A stretch of DNA of 64,000 nt from Minutocellus sp. GHC0000111 (GCA_977018835.1 OZ361258.1:4340001-4404000), one strand, 5' to 3'; shown: positions 25,575-38,085, counted from the stretch's first letter. A program made the numbers and translations. Notes: generated by a model from the sequence alone, not told the origin.

Positions 25575-25951
25575 GCAGATTTATGATACAGAGAGCCTGC
25601 TCGTTGGCTGCAGGAAACGGCCAGTGAATTTAGACTCCATAAAAAGCGCCGGTAACATAAAAAGCGCCGGTAACATTACCGGTCGGTGCTGGTCCCAGTG
25701 CCTTCACTTTTAGAAGAAGAATAAACTAGAAGATCTAGACGATATGCAGGTATCATGTAGAGCACACTTGATCGCTAAACTCATCGTACCGGATGTCGGG
25801 CAATCGCAACCTCTTTCTCTCTCGCCACAACGTTTCAACCGGCTCCGCGAGGGAAACTAACCCCAAAAGAAATAGGGGTTTATTTCCCACTTTATAGCAT
25901 TCGGTCTTCGACAATAAAACATTTATTCGTTTCACATCTTGCATCCGAATG

Positions 25952-26492
25952 CAGAACGGCGGCGATAAAATGAGACAGAGAGCACTTGGAGACCTATGAA
26001 GGCACATATCGTACGGCCGACATGATGGCAAGTCCGCCGGTGTATCCCATAGGTCTCCAGGCACCCTACTTTTGGAGCACCACTTGCAGTCATCACACGA
26101 CGACCGACGCGCCCGTATCCCAGCACCACCCTCTCCCAACCAATGTAGTGCCGCCATTGCATGATTGGAGCCAAGATCATCAGCCCAACCGCCTAATTGC
26201 CCACCCTGATAGTCGCCAGGGCGTGTTGAAAGCTTTCGGCACATGACGATAGTCCAGAACACACGATAGAGACGGTTTCCTTCCATGCATGCGATGGGGA
26301 AATTATTTTTGGGACCACCCGCACCACCAGAACGATGGCGACCGTTGGAGGAAGAGAGCACTTGGAGACCTTTGGAGGCACATCTCATACGACCAACATT
26401 ATGGCAAGACCGCTGGTTTGGCCCAAAGGTCTCCAAGTGCTCTACTGATGAAGCAACACTCATGGTCATTGTCCGTCGACCGACACGCCCGT
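25952..26492. repeat. Diverged direct repeat (~165 bp x2, 376-bp period), each copy with a long hairpin
   Basis: Copies at ~25952-26116 and ~26328-26492. Perfect 21-bp inverted repeat 26355-26375/26423-26443; homologous stem 25985-25998/26048-26061. Confidence 0.85.
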
Positions 26493-27283
26493 CGAGAAGG
26501 TTGGGAACCGGTGGGCATCTGGAGGCGGTTCGTTCGTATGTGAACACGCCCAACAGCTTATTTTACGCTTTGGATCCGTCTTATGGGTATGTGGGGTCGA
26601 GAAAATGCAGTCTATCGTGGCAACGGTCTGCAAACACAGCTTCTGTGGTCGGTGCAGCTACGAAGTCGAATTCTTGATTTTTCAGACGACATCAGCGTTT
26701 AGCGACTATTGTGCGTCCGAACTCAATAACACTGCCATGCTGCTGCCCCATGCTTGCATCAAACCGCCCCCCCAAGCCGTCAAATGTCAGCAATCTCTCA
26801 TCAACTTGACATCGTCGTTACTTTTCTTTGCGATTGTAGCTGTGATGGAGGTCGACGTCGGCCGATGACATGTACCGAATGTCGATTTTCGCGAGTTTCA
26901 GGAAATCGAGGCTCGGAGTGAAGGCCCACGGGCCAAGTCACACATACAGAGAAGATATACTGAGGTGGGCATGGTGGTTGCATACCATCTTGGTGGTCGT
27001 TTGGGCACACATGCGAGGTTGGTGGGATTATGGCACAGACAAGGGATGGGCTCGATGACCATAAAATCCGGGTTACTTTGAGGGTCATTGGTCCCCCCTC
27101 GCGGAGCCATTCATTTTTGCCGTGAAACGTTGTGTCGCGCTCGCCATTTGAATTGCGAACCCTGCTGCTGCGAACCCTTTTGCGAGCGATCGCTTGAAAC
27201 AGAACATCCGCACCAAACCTTGCTTCAATTGCATGACGCCAACAAACTCAGCCTCGATAATACCACCGCCCTAAGTGCACCGC

Positions 27284-28729
27284 ATGTCTATCAATGCATT
27301 GTGTCGAACAGCCGCAAAAGCGGCGGCCGCTTCTGGCATATCAACGTCGCTTTTCTCGTCCGCCGCACGTGTGACACCTACTTTGCGATCTATTGGCGAG
27401 CCGAGTTCTCATCACTTCTCATCCACCGCTGCGGCTGCTCCACATGATGACCAGGCACGAATAAAAGATTATACAAAGTATCTATCTCCTTTATCGCAGC
27501 GAAGGCAGCCATCGGCAATCAGAAAGCTGATGCCCCTTCTCGATCAGCCGGGAATGGTCAGCCTTGGTGGAGGTCTGCCGAATTCTGCTCTGTTTCCCTT
27601 CACAAGTCTCAAGATTGGCATTTCAGATCCTCACAATGGCGATGAAACCGAACTCCACCTCAGCACTGAAGAACTCGGGACAGCGCTGCAGTACTCTCCG
27701 ACGCCTGGTCTGCCAAAACTCGTATCACATCTTCGCGACTTGCAGACCTGGGAGCATGGTGTCGATGTCGGCAAGGCTCCCCATCACCACTACGATGTCA
27801 TGGTATCGGTAGGTTCTCAAGATGCCCTCACCAAAACCTTCGAAATGCTGCTCGATCCAGCCCAAGATGAGCTGTTTGTTGAGGCCCCCACCTACTCGGG
27901 AGCACTTGCATTCCTTCAACCATTTGGTGTAAAGCTCACGCCGATCGACACAGATGAGTTTGGTCTCAAACCAGAGGCACTACAGGAGGCGCTGGAGAAT
28001 TCCAACGGAGAGAACAAGCGCCGGGTTTTATACACCATTCCAACCGCCCAGAATCCATCCGGATCTACATTGAGCAATGAAAGGAGAGAAGCTATTTATG
28101 ACATTGCCTCCGAGTATGATATGATGATTTGCGAAGATGATCCCTACTTTCTCTTGCATCCAAATCGAGATTGTGTCAAATCTTTTCTATCATTGGACGA
28201 AGATGGTCGAGTCATCCGGTTTGACTCACTATCCAAGCTCATCAGCTCTGGTATACGGATTGGATTCGCGACAGGCCCGCCGAAGTTGATTGAACGTCTA
28301 TCGTTTCATACCCAGGCGACAAATTTGCATAACTCGGGCGTTTCGCAGATCATGGTGTCAAAGCTAATGGATCATTGGGCAAAGCGCGGATTCGATGAAC
28401 ACGCCACCAAGGTGGCTAAGTTTTATTGTCAGAGGCGAGATGTATTGTTGGCTGCCGCCGAACGGCACCTCAAAGGCCTAGCGACTTGGTCACCGCCCGA
28501 CGCCGGGATGTTCCTGTGGCTCAAATTGAATGGAATCGATGACACGAAAGCCTTGATCGAGGAGAAGGCAGCTGCCGCAAATGTCTTGTTTGTACCTGGT
28601 CAGAGCTTTGATCCGTTGGATCGTCCTTCTCCATATATTCGAGCATCATTTTCCACGGCATCGGACGAGGACATGGATGTTGCTATGGATCGATTGGCAG
28701 GATTGATTGTGAGGGAAACTTCGGTTTGA
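27284..28729 (+). CDS. Kynurenine/2-aminoadipate aminotransferase-like (PLP, class I), likely mitochondrial
   Basis: SLGGGLP, LQYSPTPG, QNPSG, EDDPY and 'DSLSKLISSGIRIG' (PLP lysine). Arg/Ser/Ala-rich N-terminus. Confidence 0.9.
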   Translation: MSINALCRTAAKAAAASGISTSLFSSAARVTPTLRSIGEPSSHHFSSTAAAAPHDDQARIKDYTKYLSPLSQRRQPSAIRKLMPLLDQPGMVSLGGGLPNSALFPFTSLKIGISDPHNGDETELHLSTEELGTALQYSPTPGLPKLVSHLRDLQTWEHGVDVGKAPHHHYDVMVSVGSQDALTKTFEMLLDPAQDELFVEAPTYSGALAFLQPFGVKLTPIDTDEFGLKPEALQEALENSNGENKRRVLYTIPTAQNPSGSTLSNERREAIYDIASEYDMMICEDDPYFLLHPNRDCVKSFLSLDEDGRVIRFDSLSKLISSGIRIGFATGPPKLIERLSFHTQATNLHNSGVSQIMVSKLMDHWAKRGFDEHATKVAKFYCQRRDVLLAAAERHLKGLATWSPPDAGMFLWLKLNGIDDTKALIEEKAAAANVLFVPGQSFDPLDRPSPYIRASFSTASDEDMDVAMDRLAGLIVRETSV

Positions 28730-28971
28730 GATCCAAATTAGAATGGAATAGATACAAGAAACAAAATGGTGTCTGCATCGCCGGCACTATTAGAAGCAAT
28801 GCGTGGTAGCCTCTAGAGATAGATAAAACAGATAACGATGTGGTTGAATATACAACTGATCCTAGGTAGCAAATTAGAATCTAAGTCAGCACTCGTATCC
28901 AATTTCGAGAAATGGTGGCTCATACAAAAGTGCCTCTCTGATGGTGGCGAAAAAACATTGCAACAGCAAGT

Positions 28972-31364
28972 TTAGATGGCCTCAAGCTCGGGCAAATCTT
29001 GGAAAGGAAGCTCATCGCGCTGCTTGTCCTCGCCAATAATCTTGAATTCGGCAGTCTTGGAACCAAACTCAACAATCATCATCTGGAATTCTTCGGCTGA
29101 AACGACCTCCTGGTCGACGAGGGTCTTGGCCAAATGGTCAAGGAGGGGTCGGTTCTCCTCAAGGATCTGCTTGGCCTTGAGGTAGGAGTTGTTCACAAGA
29201 CGCTCGACCTCCATGTCGACGGTGCCCATAATCTTGCTTCCCCACTTGGTCTGCTGCATACCCATGGATCGGCCCATGAAGGGTCCGCCGGACTGAGGAG
29301 TCTCGAGAGCAACGAGGCCGACCTCGGGACTCATACCCCACTCCTTGACCATGCGCTTGGCGATGTTGGCAACCTGCTGGAAATCATTGGAGGCACCGGT
29401 GGTGACTCCGTCCTCACCGTAGATGATCTCCTCGGCGAGACGTCCTCCGAGGGCGACGGCAAGCTGAGACTCGAGGTACTGACGGCTGTACATGCCAGAC
29501 TCGAGGCGGGCCTCCTGAGGGGCGAAGAAGGTAAGTCCGCCGGCACCGTTGGAGCGGGGGATGATGGAGATCTTCTGGACCTGGTCGTAGTCGGGGATGA
29601 GCGCACCGACGATGGCGTGGCCGGCCTCGTGGTAGGCGACGAGCTCGTTCTGACGGGCGGCGAGGGTGGCGGTACCACCCTTCTTCTCCAGGCCGACCAT
29701 GATACGGTCGACGGCACCGTCGATCTGCTCCCAGCCGATGGTGGACTTGCCGTTGCGGGCGGCGGAGATGGCGGCCTCATTCATGAGGTTCTCGAGCTGA
29801 GCGCCGGAGAAACCGGGAGTACGACGGGCGATGGCCTCGAGGTCGACGTCGGGTTCGAGAGGCTTGCCACGGGCGTGGACGCCAAGGATGCGCTCACGGC
29901 CCTTGAAGTCGGGAAGGTCGACGGTGATCTTGCGATCGAAACGGCCGGGACGGAGGAGGGCCTGGTCCAAAACATCGACACGGTTGGTAGCGGCAATGGT
30001 AATGATGCCGGGGTTGCCATCGAAACCGTCCATCTCGACAAGGATCTGGTTGATGGTCTGCTCACGCTCATCGTTACCACCGGCGAAACCGGCACCACGC
30101 TGACGACCGACGGCATCGATCTCATCGATGAAGATGATGCAGGGTGCATTCTTCTTGGCCTGACCGAAGATGTCGCGGACACGGGAGGCACCGACACCGA
30201 CGAACATCTCGACGAACTCGGAACCCGAGATGGAGATGAAGGGAACACCGGCCTCACCAGCGACGGCCTTGGCCAGGAGGGTCTTACCAGTACCGGGAGG
30301 TCCGTCCAGGATGACACCACGGGGGATGCGGCATCCGTTAGCAGAGTAAACCTCGGGCTGCTTGAGGAAATCGACAACCTCGGCAAGCTCGAGCTTGGCA
30401 CCGTCGCAACCGGCGACGTCCTCGAAGGTGACGCCGGTGTCGGGGATCATCTGGATCTGGGCCTTGGACTTGCCAAATCCCATGGGGTTGCCGGGTCCAC
30501 CGCCGGGCATGCCACCTCCCATTCCACCAGAATTGCGCGAGAGGAAGAAGAGACCGGCAAAAAGGACGGCGGGCAGAATGAGGGACTGGGCCAACTCACC
30601 AAGGCCTGAAGCCTCCGAGGCAGGGAGGACGGTGACGTCAACCTATCGACCGACCACAGATGTGATAAAAATTTCAGCATAAGACATCGGCAGAGTCACG
30701 TAGAAATTCACAAAAATAGGAGAAGCACAAGCATTAGCAATATATATAAATCACATTGAAAACATTCCATCAAATCCTCAATATCCGAGGCATCATCATA
30801 TATTTCTTTTCACATTTTCCGCGCCTCTGACCCATATCAAAGCACATCCTCTGTCTGAATTCCACGAATGGCCCTATCTACCCAGCACAAAACAATTTAA
30901 CATGCATTTCTCTTTTCCCGCTAATTTACATCGCATATCTCTTCCTGGACCTTGCCCAATAATATCTTGACCGATTCCGTCAGTTCGCACATGACAAACC
31001 GCACCTTGTGACTGGTCAGGCTGGTCAGCAGATCGGGATCGTTGGGGAGAGCCTCGATGGCAATACGGGTGCCGTCGGTGTCGACGCCCAACAATCTCGT
31101 ACCATCGGCCGAGAAGGTGACCTTCTCCACACGGTCGGCATTGACCAGCTTGAGGAAGTCGCTGTATCGCACGGCCACGGGAGCACCGCCCGGTGATGGC
31201 TTCAGCTCGGGGACCGTGTTTTCCCTGACGATGGCCGCGGGGGGCATATCGAACAGGGCCGAGTTGGATCGAGATCCGGATCCCACATGGGCCGGGGAGG
31301 AGGGCGCAAAGGCCTCAATACCCCCCTGCGAGAGGAGTAGGACGGTGAGAGCGGCAATCCTCAT
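28972..31364 (-). CDS. ftsH: Plastid-targeted FtsH zinc metalloprotease
   Basis: Signal peptide + [25 protein letters not shown] and HEAGH. Intron 30643-31004. Confidence 0.95.
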
Positions 31365-31666
31365 GGTTGCTTCCTGCTTCCAGTTCTGGCATCGAGCGAA
31401 GGCAGATGACGTCGACCTTTGAAAGCACAAACGCCTTTACATGTCAGTCTTTCTTCGCCCGTCAAAGAAACCCGGATTGTTCTGCAAAACCGTCCATTGA
31501 CGAAGAAACGGAAGATCCAACCAGCTGCTGGCGAACTCGGACATCAACCCCTCAACATTACCAGATATTCCTCTTCGGAGAGAGCGAGAGCCAAGAGCAG
31601 ACCTTTTGCTGGCCACTTAGTCATAGCACCTCCGTTCATCAGATTAGATTGACTCGAAATTCAAGT

Positions 31667-34111
31667 ATGAAATTCAACGCCCTTGCTTTCCTGGCCGTCG
31701 CCACCGCCCCGGCGACGGCATTTCAGCCAGCGACTCCCCTGTCGGCAGTTGCCACCTCCGGCAGCTCGCTCAACATGGTGCTCGAAAAGCCCAAGAAGCT
31801 TTCGAAGCTGGAGATCCTCAAGACCCAGTCCGAGCACCTTGAGAATCCCCTCCGCGAGGTACGTAAACTTTCCCGCATCGATTGACACATACTTTTTCTG
31901 AGTTTGGTTGTTCTGGTTTCGGCGGAAATGGATCTGCACTTGCATGAAAAGTACGACCAAATGCCGATGGAAAGCAAAGTTCTAGAAGTTGGACCATAAC
32001 CCATCGCATTCTGCAGTAATTTGAAATTAGGAGGGCCGAGAAGAGTGCATCTTGTGTTGGCTCCGGGCCTAGCGGATACGGGCACGCTATGTGCCAGTTT
32101 TTCACGAACACACCCGTGCCTGCTGACAAACTGACGCACGACGCAGTCAACCAGCCCACTCAATCCCAGTCAATCGCACCGAAGTGATCGAAGTCATTCT
32201 TTCCCCGTCTCATCGATACATGCAGACGATACGAAAGGCTCCGTCCTATAAGCCAGTGGACATTCTTGGAGTTGACTCTGATCGGTGCTTTGGACAGTTG
32301 ATGGCGTCGGAGGGACCGCTCTTTTTCGTCGGCCAGATCTTTCTTCACTTCTTCGCATCGATCAACAATGATCTGACCGTATCGCATTTCTTTGTACTTG
32401 ACCCTTATTCCCACAGCAACTCTCCACCGAGGAGATTAGTGTTTCCAAGGATGCCATGCAGATCCTCAAGTACCACGGATCGTACATGCAGACCAATCGT
32501 GAGATCCGCGGCAAGAACAAGGACTACCAGTTCATGCTCCGTCTGAAGCAGCCCGCCGGTGAGCTTCCCGCCGACCTGTACCGTCTCCTCGACGACCTTA
32601 GCGCCAACATGGGCCAGGGCGATCTCCGTGCCACCACCCGCCAGTGCTTCCAGTTGCACGGCATCCGCAAGGGCAACCTCAAGACCGTCATCTCGTCCAT
32701 TATGAACATTGGTTCGTCCACCGTTGGTGCCTGCGGTGATGTTAGCCGTAACGTCATGACCACGCCTGCCCCCTTCAACACCCCCGAGTATCACTACGCC
32801 CGAGAGTGGTCCAAGGTCTTTGCCCAGCTTTTCCGCCCCATGACTCCCGCCTTTGACAACATCTGGCTCGACGGGGAGAAGCCCGCCAACGAGGTCAAGT
32901 GGGCCTCCGAGGTGGAGAAGTACAACATCGACGAGGCCATGTCCTTCGATTCCGGCCGGGGCATCATCCTTCCCGATTCCGTCGAGCCTCTCTACGGCGA
33001 TCGCTACCTCCCCCGCAAGTTGAAGATTGGCGTTACCGTCCCCGGTGACAACTCTCTCGACATCTACACCAACGACATTGGCTGCGTCGTCATCTGCAAC
33101 GAGGCCGGCGAGCTCGAGGGATTCAACGTCATGGTCGGAGGTGGTATGGGCCGCACCCACAACAAGGCCAACACCTTTGCCCGTGCCGCCGACCACCTCG
33201 GCTACGTCCCCAAGGAGGACATGATGGAGCTCATGAAGTCCATCCTGGCCAGTCAGCGCGACCACGGCAACCGTGACGTCCGTGCCAACGCCCGTATGAA
33301 GTACCTCGTCCACACTCTTGGCATTGACAACTTCCGCACCCTTGTGGAGAGCTACTTCGGCAAGAAGGTCCAGCCCTGGAGAGAAATGAAGGAGTGGAAG
33401 TACATGGATTGGATGGGATGGTGGGACCAGGGTGACGGCAAGATGTTCTACGGCCTGCACGTGGACAATGGCCGTGTCAAGGATGAGGACGATTTCCGCC
33501 TCAAGACTGCTCTCCGTGTTTTGGTGGACAAGTACAACGTCGACATGATCCTCAGCCCTACCCAGTCGCTTATTCTGCGGGATATCGACCCCAAGGACAA
33601 GGATGGAATCGATGCTGTCCTTCGGGAGCATGGTATCAAGCCCCTGGAGGAGGTTGATCCCCTTGCCCGTCTTGCCATGGCCTGTCCCGCCCTTCCCCTT
33701 TGCGGTCTCGCCCAGACCGAGGCCGAGCATAAGATGCCCGAGTACATTGGCCGAATGCGCGCCCTGCTGGACAAGATGAACATCAGTGACGAGGAGATCC
33801 TTATGCGAATGACTGGTTGCCCCAACGGCTGTGCTCGACCATACATGGCCGAGCTCGCCTTTGTCGGTGATGGTGCTAAGAGTTATCAGATATGGCTCGG
33901 CGGCAGCTCCGTCCTTGAGGGACGAACTGCCTTCCCCTACGTTGCCAAGATGAAGTGGGATGACCTTGAGAGTACCCTCGAGCCCGTTCTTGCCATGTTC
34001 ATTCAGCAGAAGCAAGAGTTCGAGTCCTTCGGTGACTTCTGCCATCGAGTGGGAGCCGATGCCATCACTTCGTATGCCGAGAGCTACACCCTGGGAAGTG
34101 TGAAGGCATAA
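31667..34111 (+). CDS. SIR: Ferredoxin-dependent sulfite reductase, plastid-targeted
   Basis: Signal peptide + ATAFQP, KYHGSYMQ, CGDVSRNV, YLPRKLKI, CPALPLCGLA and TGCPNGC (siroheme/4Fe-4S ligands). Intron 31859-32416. Confidence 0.92.
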
Positions 34112-34403
34112 TACCGAGATCAAAGCAACGATGGATTGGTACATACATATTGTAACAATACGTTCATATGGCGTTGAATCAACGCAATAGATCTTAATAA
34201 GAGAAATATAGACATGTGTTCTTGTTGAAACACGAGTGCATGCACCACTACCTACCGGTACTACAGGAGAAAATTTACTTTTGTACGTAAACACGTAAAG
34301 GCACCCAACCAATATAGAGATCCACAGCCCAAATTATTTGTGATTTTAATTTTAAAATGAAAGATGTATCTAGGATTCCTATGTGAGTGTTGCCCCGAAG
34401 ACT

Positions 34404-35473
34404 TTAGAAGGACGCATCCATGGGAGCTGCACCATTGCCATTGCTCTTGGCCGATTCTTCGACGGATACGAGATCGGTCTGGCTGGCCTTGGCCTCCTCG
34501 GCAGCCTTGTTGGCCACGACCTTCATGCTCTCCTTCTTGGAAAGCTGATCGGAGGTGAGCTCGGCGGTCTTGCCCTCCTTGAGAAGCTCAAGCTTCTTCC
34601 AGAGATCTTCGATGCCAGAGTCGGCAGGGACATTGACGGAACCCTTGGTGAACAGGACGTCTTGGGGAGTGGCCACTTTACCATAAAAGCGATCATTCTC
34701 ACCCTTACGGGCACCAATGGCTGCACCCTCGAGGGCGGCACCGCCAAAGAGACCCTGGCTGAAGGTGTATGCGAAGGCACCGCCGGCTCCACCAGTGCCA
34801 AGGGCAACGGAGGCATCGATCTCACGTCCAACGGGACCGGCGGTGATTCCAACCTGGCCACCAAACTTGATGACGCCATCGCCGCTGTAGGCTTGGAGCG
34901 TATTGTTGTCCATGATGAGGATGAGAATGTCCTTGGTCTCGGCACCAAACATGAAACCGAAGCCCATGCCTGCGAGACCTACAGCCGAGGGAGGGGACCA
35001 GGTGCCATCGTCGGCGCGGGCAATAACGACACCGGTGCCGACATTGCCCGAGAAGCAGAATCCAGCCTCGATGACAGACAGCAAGACAATGCCCCTGCAC
35101 TGCTTGAAAAGATCACGGGGGATACCGTTGGTCTTGGGATCGAGGGCGGAGTCCAGGACGTGGTTGGCGTTCCAGATCATGCCCTCCATGGTAGTTCTAA
35201 CGATTTCGATATGTGTGCAAGGAGTATGGGTTGAAGATGAGAAAGAATGAGTGGAAATATAGCACATGTGAGAGAATAAGGCACGGTATGCCAGGAACAT
35301 ATGGGAAACGCCATTCCCGATAACATGCAATGCCAAAGATATCACTTCAAGTTTCTCGCATAAGAAAGTTGGCATGCACAAAATATGCATGTCGAATCTT
35401 TCGTCACTCTACTTTCAACTTTCTCGGATCCAAAGCAACATCGACCTTACCTTGCTGGCTTGTCAGAGACCAT
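34404..35473 (-). CDS. Ysc84/SYLF (SH3YL1-like) lipid/actin-binding domain protein
   Basis: 'EAGFCFSGNVGTGVVIAR...WSPPSA', 'AGPVGR' and 'SQGLFGGAALEG'. A micro-exon MVSDKPA joins via intron 35197-35450. Confidence 0.88.
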
Positions 35474-35796
35474 TGTTTCTTGAATCTGATTTGACGAATG
35501 AAGATGTGCGGCTTTGTGCTTTGCTGTTGTGCGTTTGTTGGATTTATGATCCGATGAATGCCAAAGGCAGAGGAGGCAATTCGATCGTATCTGTGTGCTG
35601 TTGATCGTGAGAGGTCGCCGAGCTTTTCAATCGGCCGGCAGATTGCATGGCGCGGGGCGCTTTTCAAGCTCAAGTTGCTGCTGTTCCCGCCGTTCTCATA
35701 GAAACTTCGCGTCTGGCCTTCGCCCCAGATCATTCGCGGCCGCCCGTTCCGTTCGTCACCTGCCTCGTCATTTGGCCACGAGCCCATCCCAATCCA

Positions 35797-38085
35797 ATGC
35801 TGGGCCGAACTGCCGCCGCTCGGCGTCTTGTAAGGCACTGCAGTGCACGAAACATATGCCGATCTGCAGTAGGGTCTTCTCTCAGCTCTCTCCCCTTGGC
35901 TGGTGCATCCCGACCACTTCAATTCTTCCCAGCCGACACATCATGTCTCCTCAACGACACATCTCACAGATTTTCTACTGCAGCAGCCGTAGATGACGAA
36001 CCTCCCGCCTCGTTTGTCATCAGCCGACGAGATGGAGTACGCAACGTTGCCATTGTGGCGCACGTCGATCACGGCAAAACTACTTTGGTCGACGAATTGC
36101 TCAAGGTGGCCAGCTCCTCGTCCTCCTCTGTTGCCGAAGAAAACAATGCCGAGGTTACCGACGAAGGCGAGGCCGCCGACCTCAACCGCCTCATGGACTC
36201 TGGCGAGCTGGAGAAGGAGCGCGGCATCACCATTACGTCCAAGGTGACTCGTCTCGATTTCAACGGTGGCATTGCCAACGTCGTCGACACACCCGGTCAC
36301 GCCGACTTTGCCGGTGAGGTCGATAGAATCCTGTCCACGGTCGATGGTGTCGTGTTGGTTGTCGATGCTGGTGAGGGTCCCAAGTCTCAGACCAAATACG
36401 TGCTTTCCAGAGCACTTAGTTTGGGTTTGAAGCCCATTGTTGTGTTGAACAAGGCTGATCGGACCGATGCCGCCACGCGCATTGAATCTGGCCAGACCGA
36501 GAGTGATTTGTTGGACTTGTTCGATGCTCTGGGTGCTGATGAGAGCCAGATGGAATATCGTACGCTATATGCGTCCGCTAAAAGTGGTTGGGTGACCGAT
36601 GATATGGACGTGGCCATATCCATTGCCGAAAATGATGGCAAGCTTCCTGTCGATGCTGGCGATCTTCGCATGAGTGGACTTTTGAATGCCATTTTGGAGG
36701 ACATTCCACCTCCTTCGGTGCACTGGTATGCCGGTGATGACGGTGCTGATGACAAGGCCAAGCTGGCCGATGCCTTTGATGCCGAACCATTCAGTATGAC
36801 GGCTTCTACTGTTGGTTATGATCAGTACTTGGGTCGCACCGTTACTGGTAGAATCTACAGTGGCAAGGTTACCAACGCGGATGTCATTTCTCTTCTCCGT
36901 CGTGGCGATGATGCCGAGAACGGCGGAAACGCTGGTCCCACCACGTCGGTTACGGGAGTTTTTGCCAACCGTGGAGTTTCCAGGGTTGCTCTCGAGCCTC
37001 CTGTTGCATCTGCTGGTGATATTGTTACACTGACCGGCGTTCCTGATACCGTGGCAGTCGGCGACACTCTAACTTCGTCGGCCAATCCCATCCCCAACGC
37101 TATCGATACTCCACCCCTCGCTCCACCAACACTCTCCTGTCTCTTTGGTGCAAACAATGGCCCTCTCCAAGGTCAGGAGGGATCCAAGCTTACTTCGAAC
37201 CTCATTCGCGAGCGATTGATCGGCGAGACCGACAATAACGTTACCATCACTGTTACCAAATCAGAGACGGATAGCGAAAAAACGGTGGTATACGGAAGAG
37301 GCGAGTTGCAAATCGGAATCCTTGTTGAGCAGATGCGCCGCGAAGGCTTCGAACTTGTCTTGTCTCCTCCTCGCATCCTCACGAAAAAATGTCCCGATAC
37401 CGGCAAAGAAGTCGAGCCGTTTGAAGAAGTTGTGGTCGATGTCGACGGTGAGTACAGTGGAACAGTCGTGAACGCCTTAACTGGTGCTCGTAAGGGTGTT
37501 CTTGTAGAAATGAGCGACGATAACGATGGAAAAACAAGACTTGTTTTCGAAGTTCCTAGTCGCGGTCTGCTCGGCTTTGGGCCTGAGATTGCTACTCTCA
37601 CTCGAGGCACGGCGGTCATGCACCACTGCTTCCTTGAGGACCGTGCTTATGCTGGAAATATTGGCGTTGGGTCTCAGAAGGGCAAGCTTGTCAGTAATGA
37701 CCAAGGCAAGGCAACCCTCTACGCACTCGAGGCACTATCGGCTAGGTCCACTCATCTCTTTGTCGCACCTGGCGACATGGTTTATCCTGGTATGGTCATT
37801 GGAGAAAACACTAAAGCAGGAGATCTCGAGGTCAACCCCGTTAGAGCTAAGGCTGTTACAAATATGCGCACCCAGAACAAAGAGGAGAAGCTTTATCTCC
37901 CTCCTCCCAAGCGTATGACGGTCGAAGAGCTGATCGGTTACATGGCTGATGATGAGGTCATCGAGGTCACGCCTGAGAGTGTGCGCCTGCGTAAGGAGGA
38001 GCTCGACTCTGGCAAGAGAGAACGCGCCGCCAGGGCCAAGAAGAAGCAAATGAAGGCCCTGCAAGAAAACAAGGGAAAGAAATAA
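35797..38085 (+). CDS. typA: TypA/BipA translational GTPase, probably mitochondrial
   Basis: AHVDHGKTT, ERGITI, DTPGHADF, GRGELQIGILVEQMRREG and EVTPESVRLRK. Arg-rich transit-like N-terminus. Confidence 0.93.
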   Translation: MLGRTAAARRLVRHCSARNICRSAVGSSLSSLPLAGASRPLQFFPADTSCLLNDTSHRFSTAAAVDDEPPASFVISRRDGVRNVAIVAHVDHGKTTLVDELLKVASSSSSSVAEENNAEVTDEGEAADLNRLMDSGELEKERGITITSKVTRLDFNGGIANVVDTPGHADFAGEVDRILSTVDGVVLVVDAGEGPKSQTKYVLSRALSLGLKPIVVLNKADRTDAATRIESGQTESDLLDLFDALGADESQMEYRTLYASAKSGWVTDDMDVAISIAENDGKLPVDAGDLRMSGLLNAILEDIPPPSVHWYAGDDGADDKAKLADAFDAEPFSMTASTVGYDQYLGRTVTGRIYSGKVTNADVISLLRRGDDAENGGNAGPTTSVTGVFANRGVSRVALEPPVASAGDIVTLTGVPDTVAVGDTLTSSANPIPNAIDTPPLAPPTLSCLFGANNGPLQGQEGSKLTSNLIRERLIGETDNNVTITVTKSETDSEKTVVYGRGELQIGILVEQMRREGFELVLSPPRILTKKCPDTGKEVEPFEEVVVDVDGEYSGTVVNALTGARKGVLVEMSDDNDGKTRLVFEVPSRGLLGFGPEIATLTRGTAVMHHCFLEDRAYAGNIGVGSQKGKLVSNDQGKATLYALEALSARSTHLFVAPGDMVYPGMVIGENTKAGDLEVNPVRAKAVTNMRTQNKEEKLYLPPPKRMTVEELIGYMADDEVIEVTPESVRLRKEELDSGKRERAARAKKKQMKALQENKGKK

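Noticed and set aside
25985..26061. SECIS interpretation of the hairpin (ATGA at ~25996)
   Set aside because: No proper helix II or apical AA, and the second copy lacks the ATGA.
26445..26451. CTGATGA hammerhead-ribozyme core
   Set aside because: No GAAA with stems II/III in the required arrangement, and it is absent from the first repeat copy.
25952..26492. CRISPR-like array
   Set aside because: Only two long diverged units in a eukaryotic context, with no cas genes.
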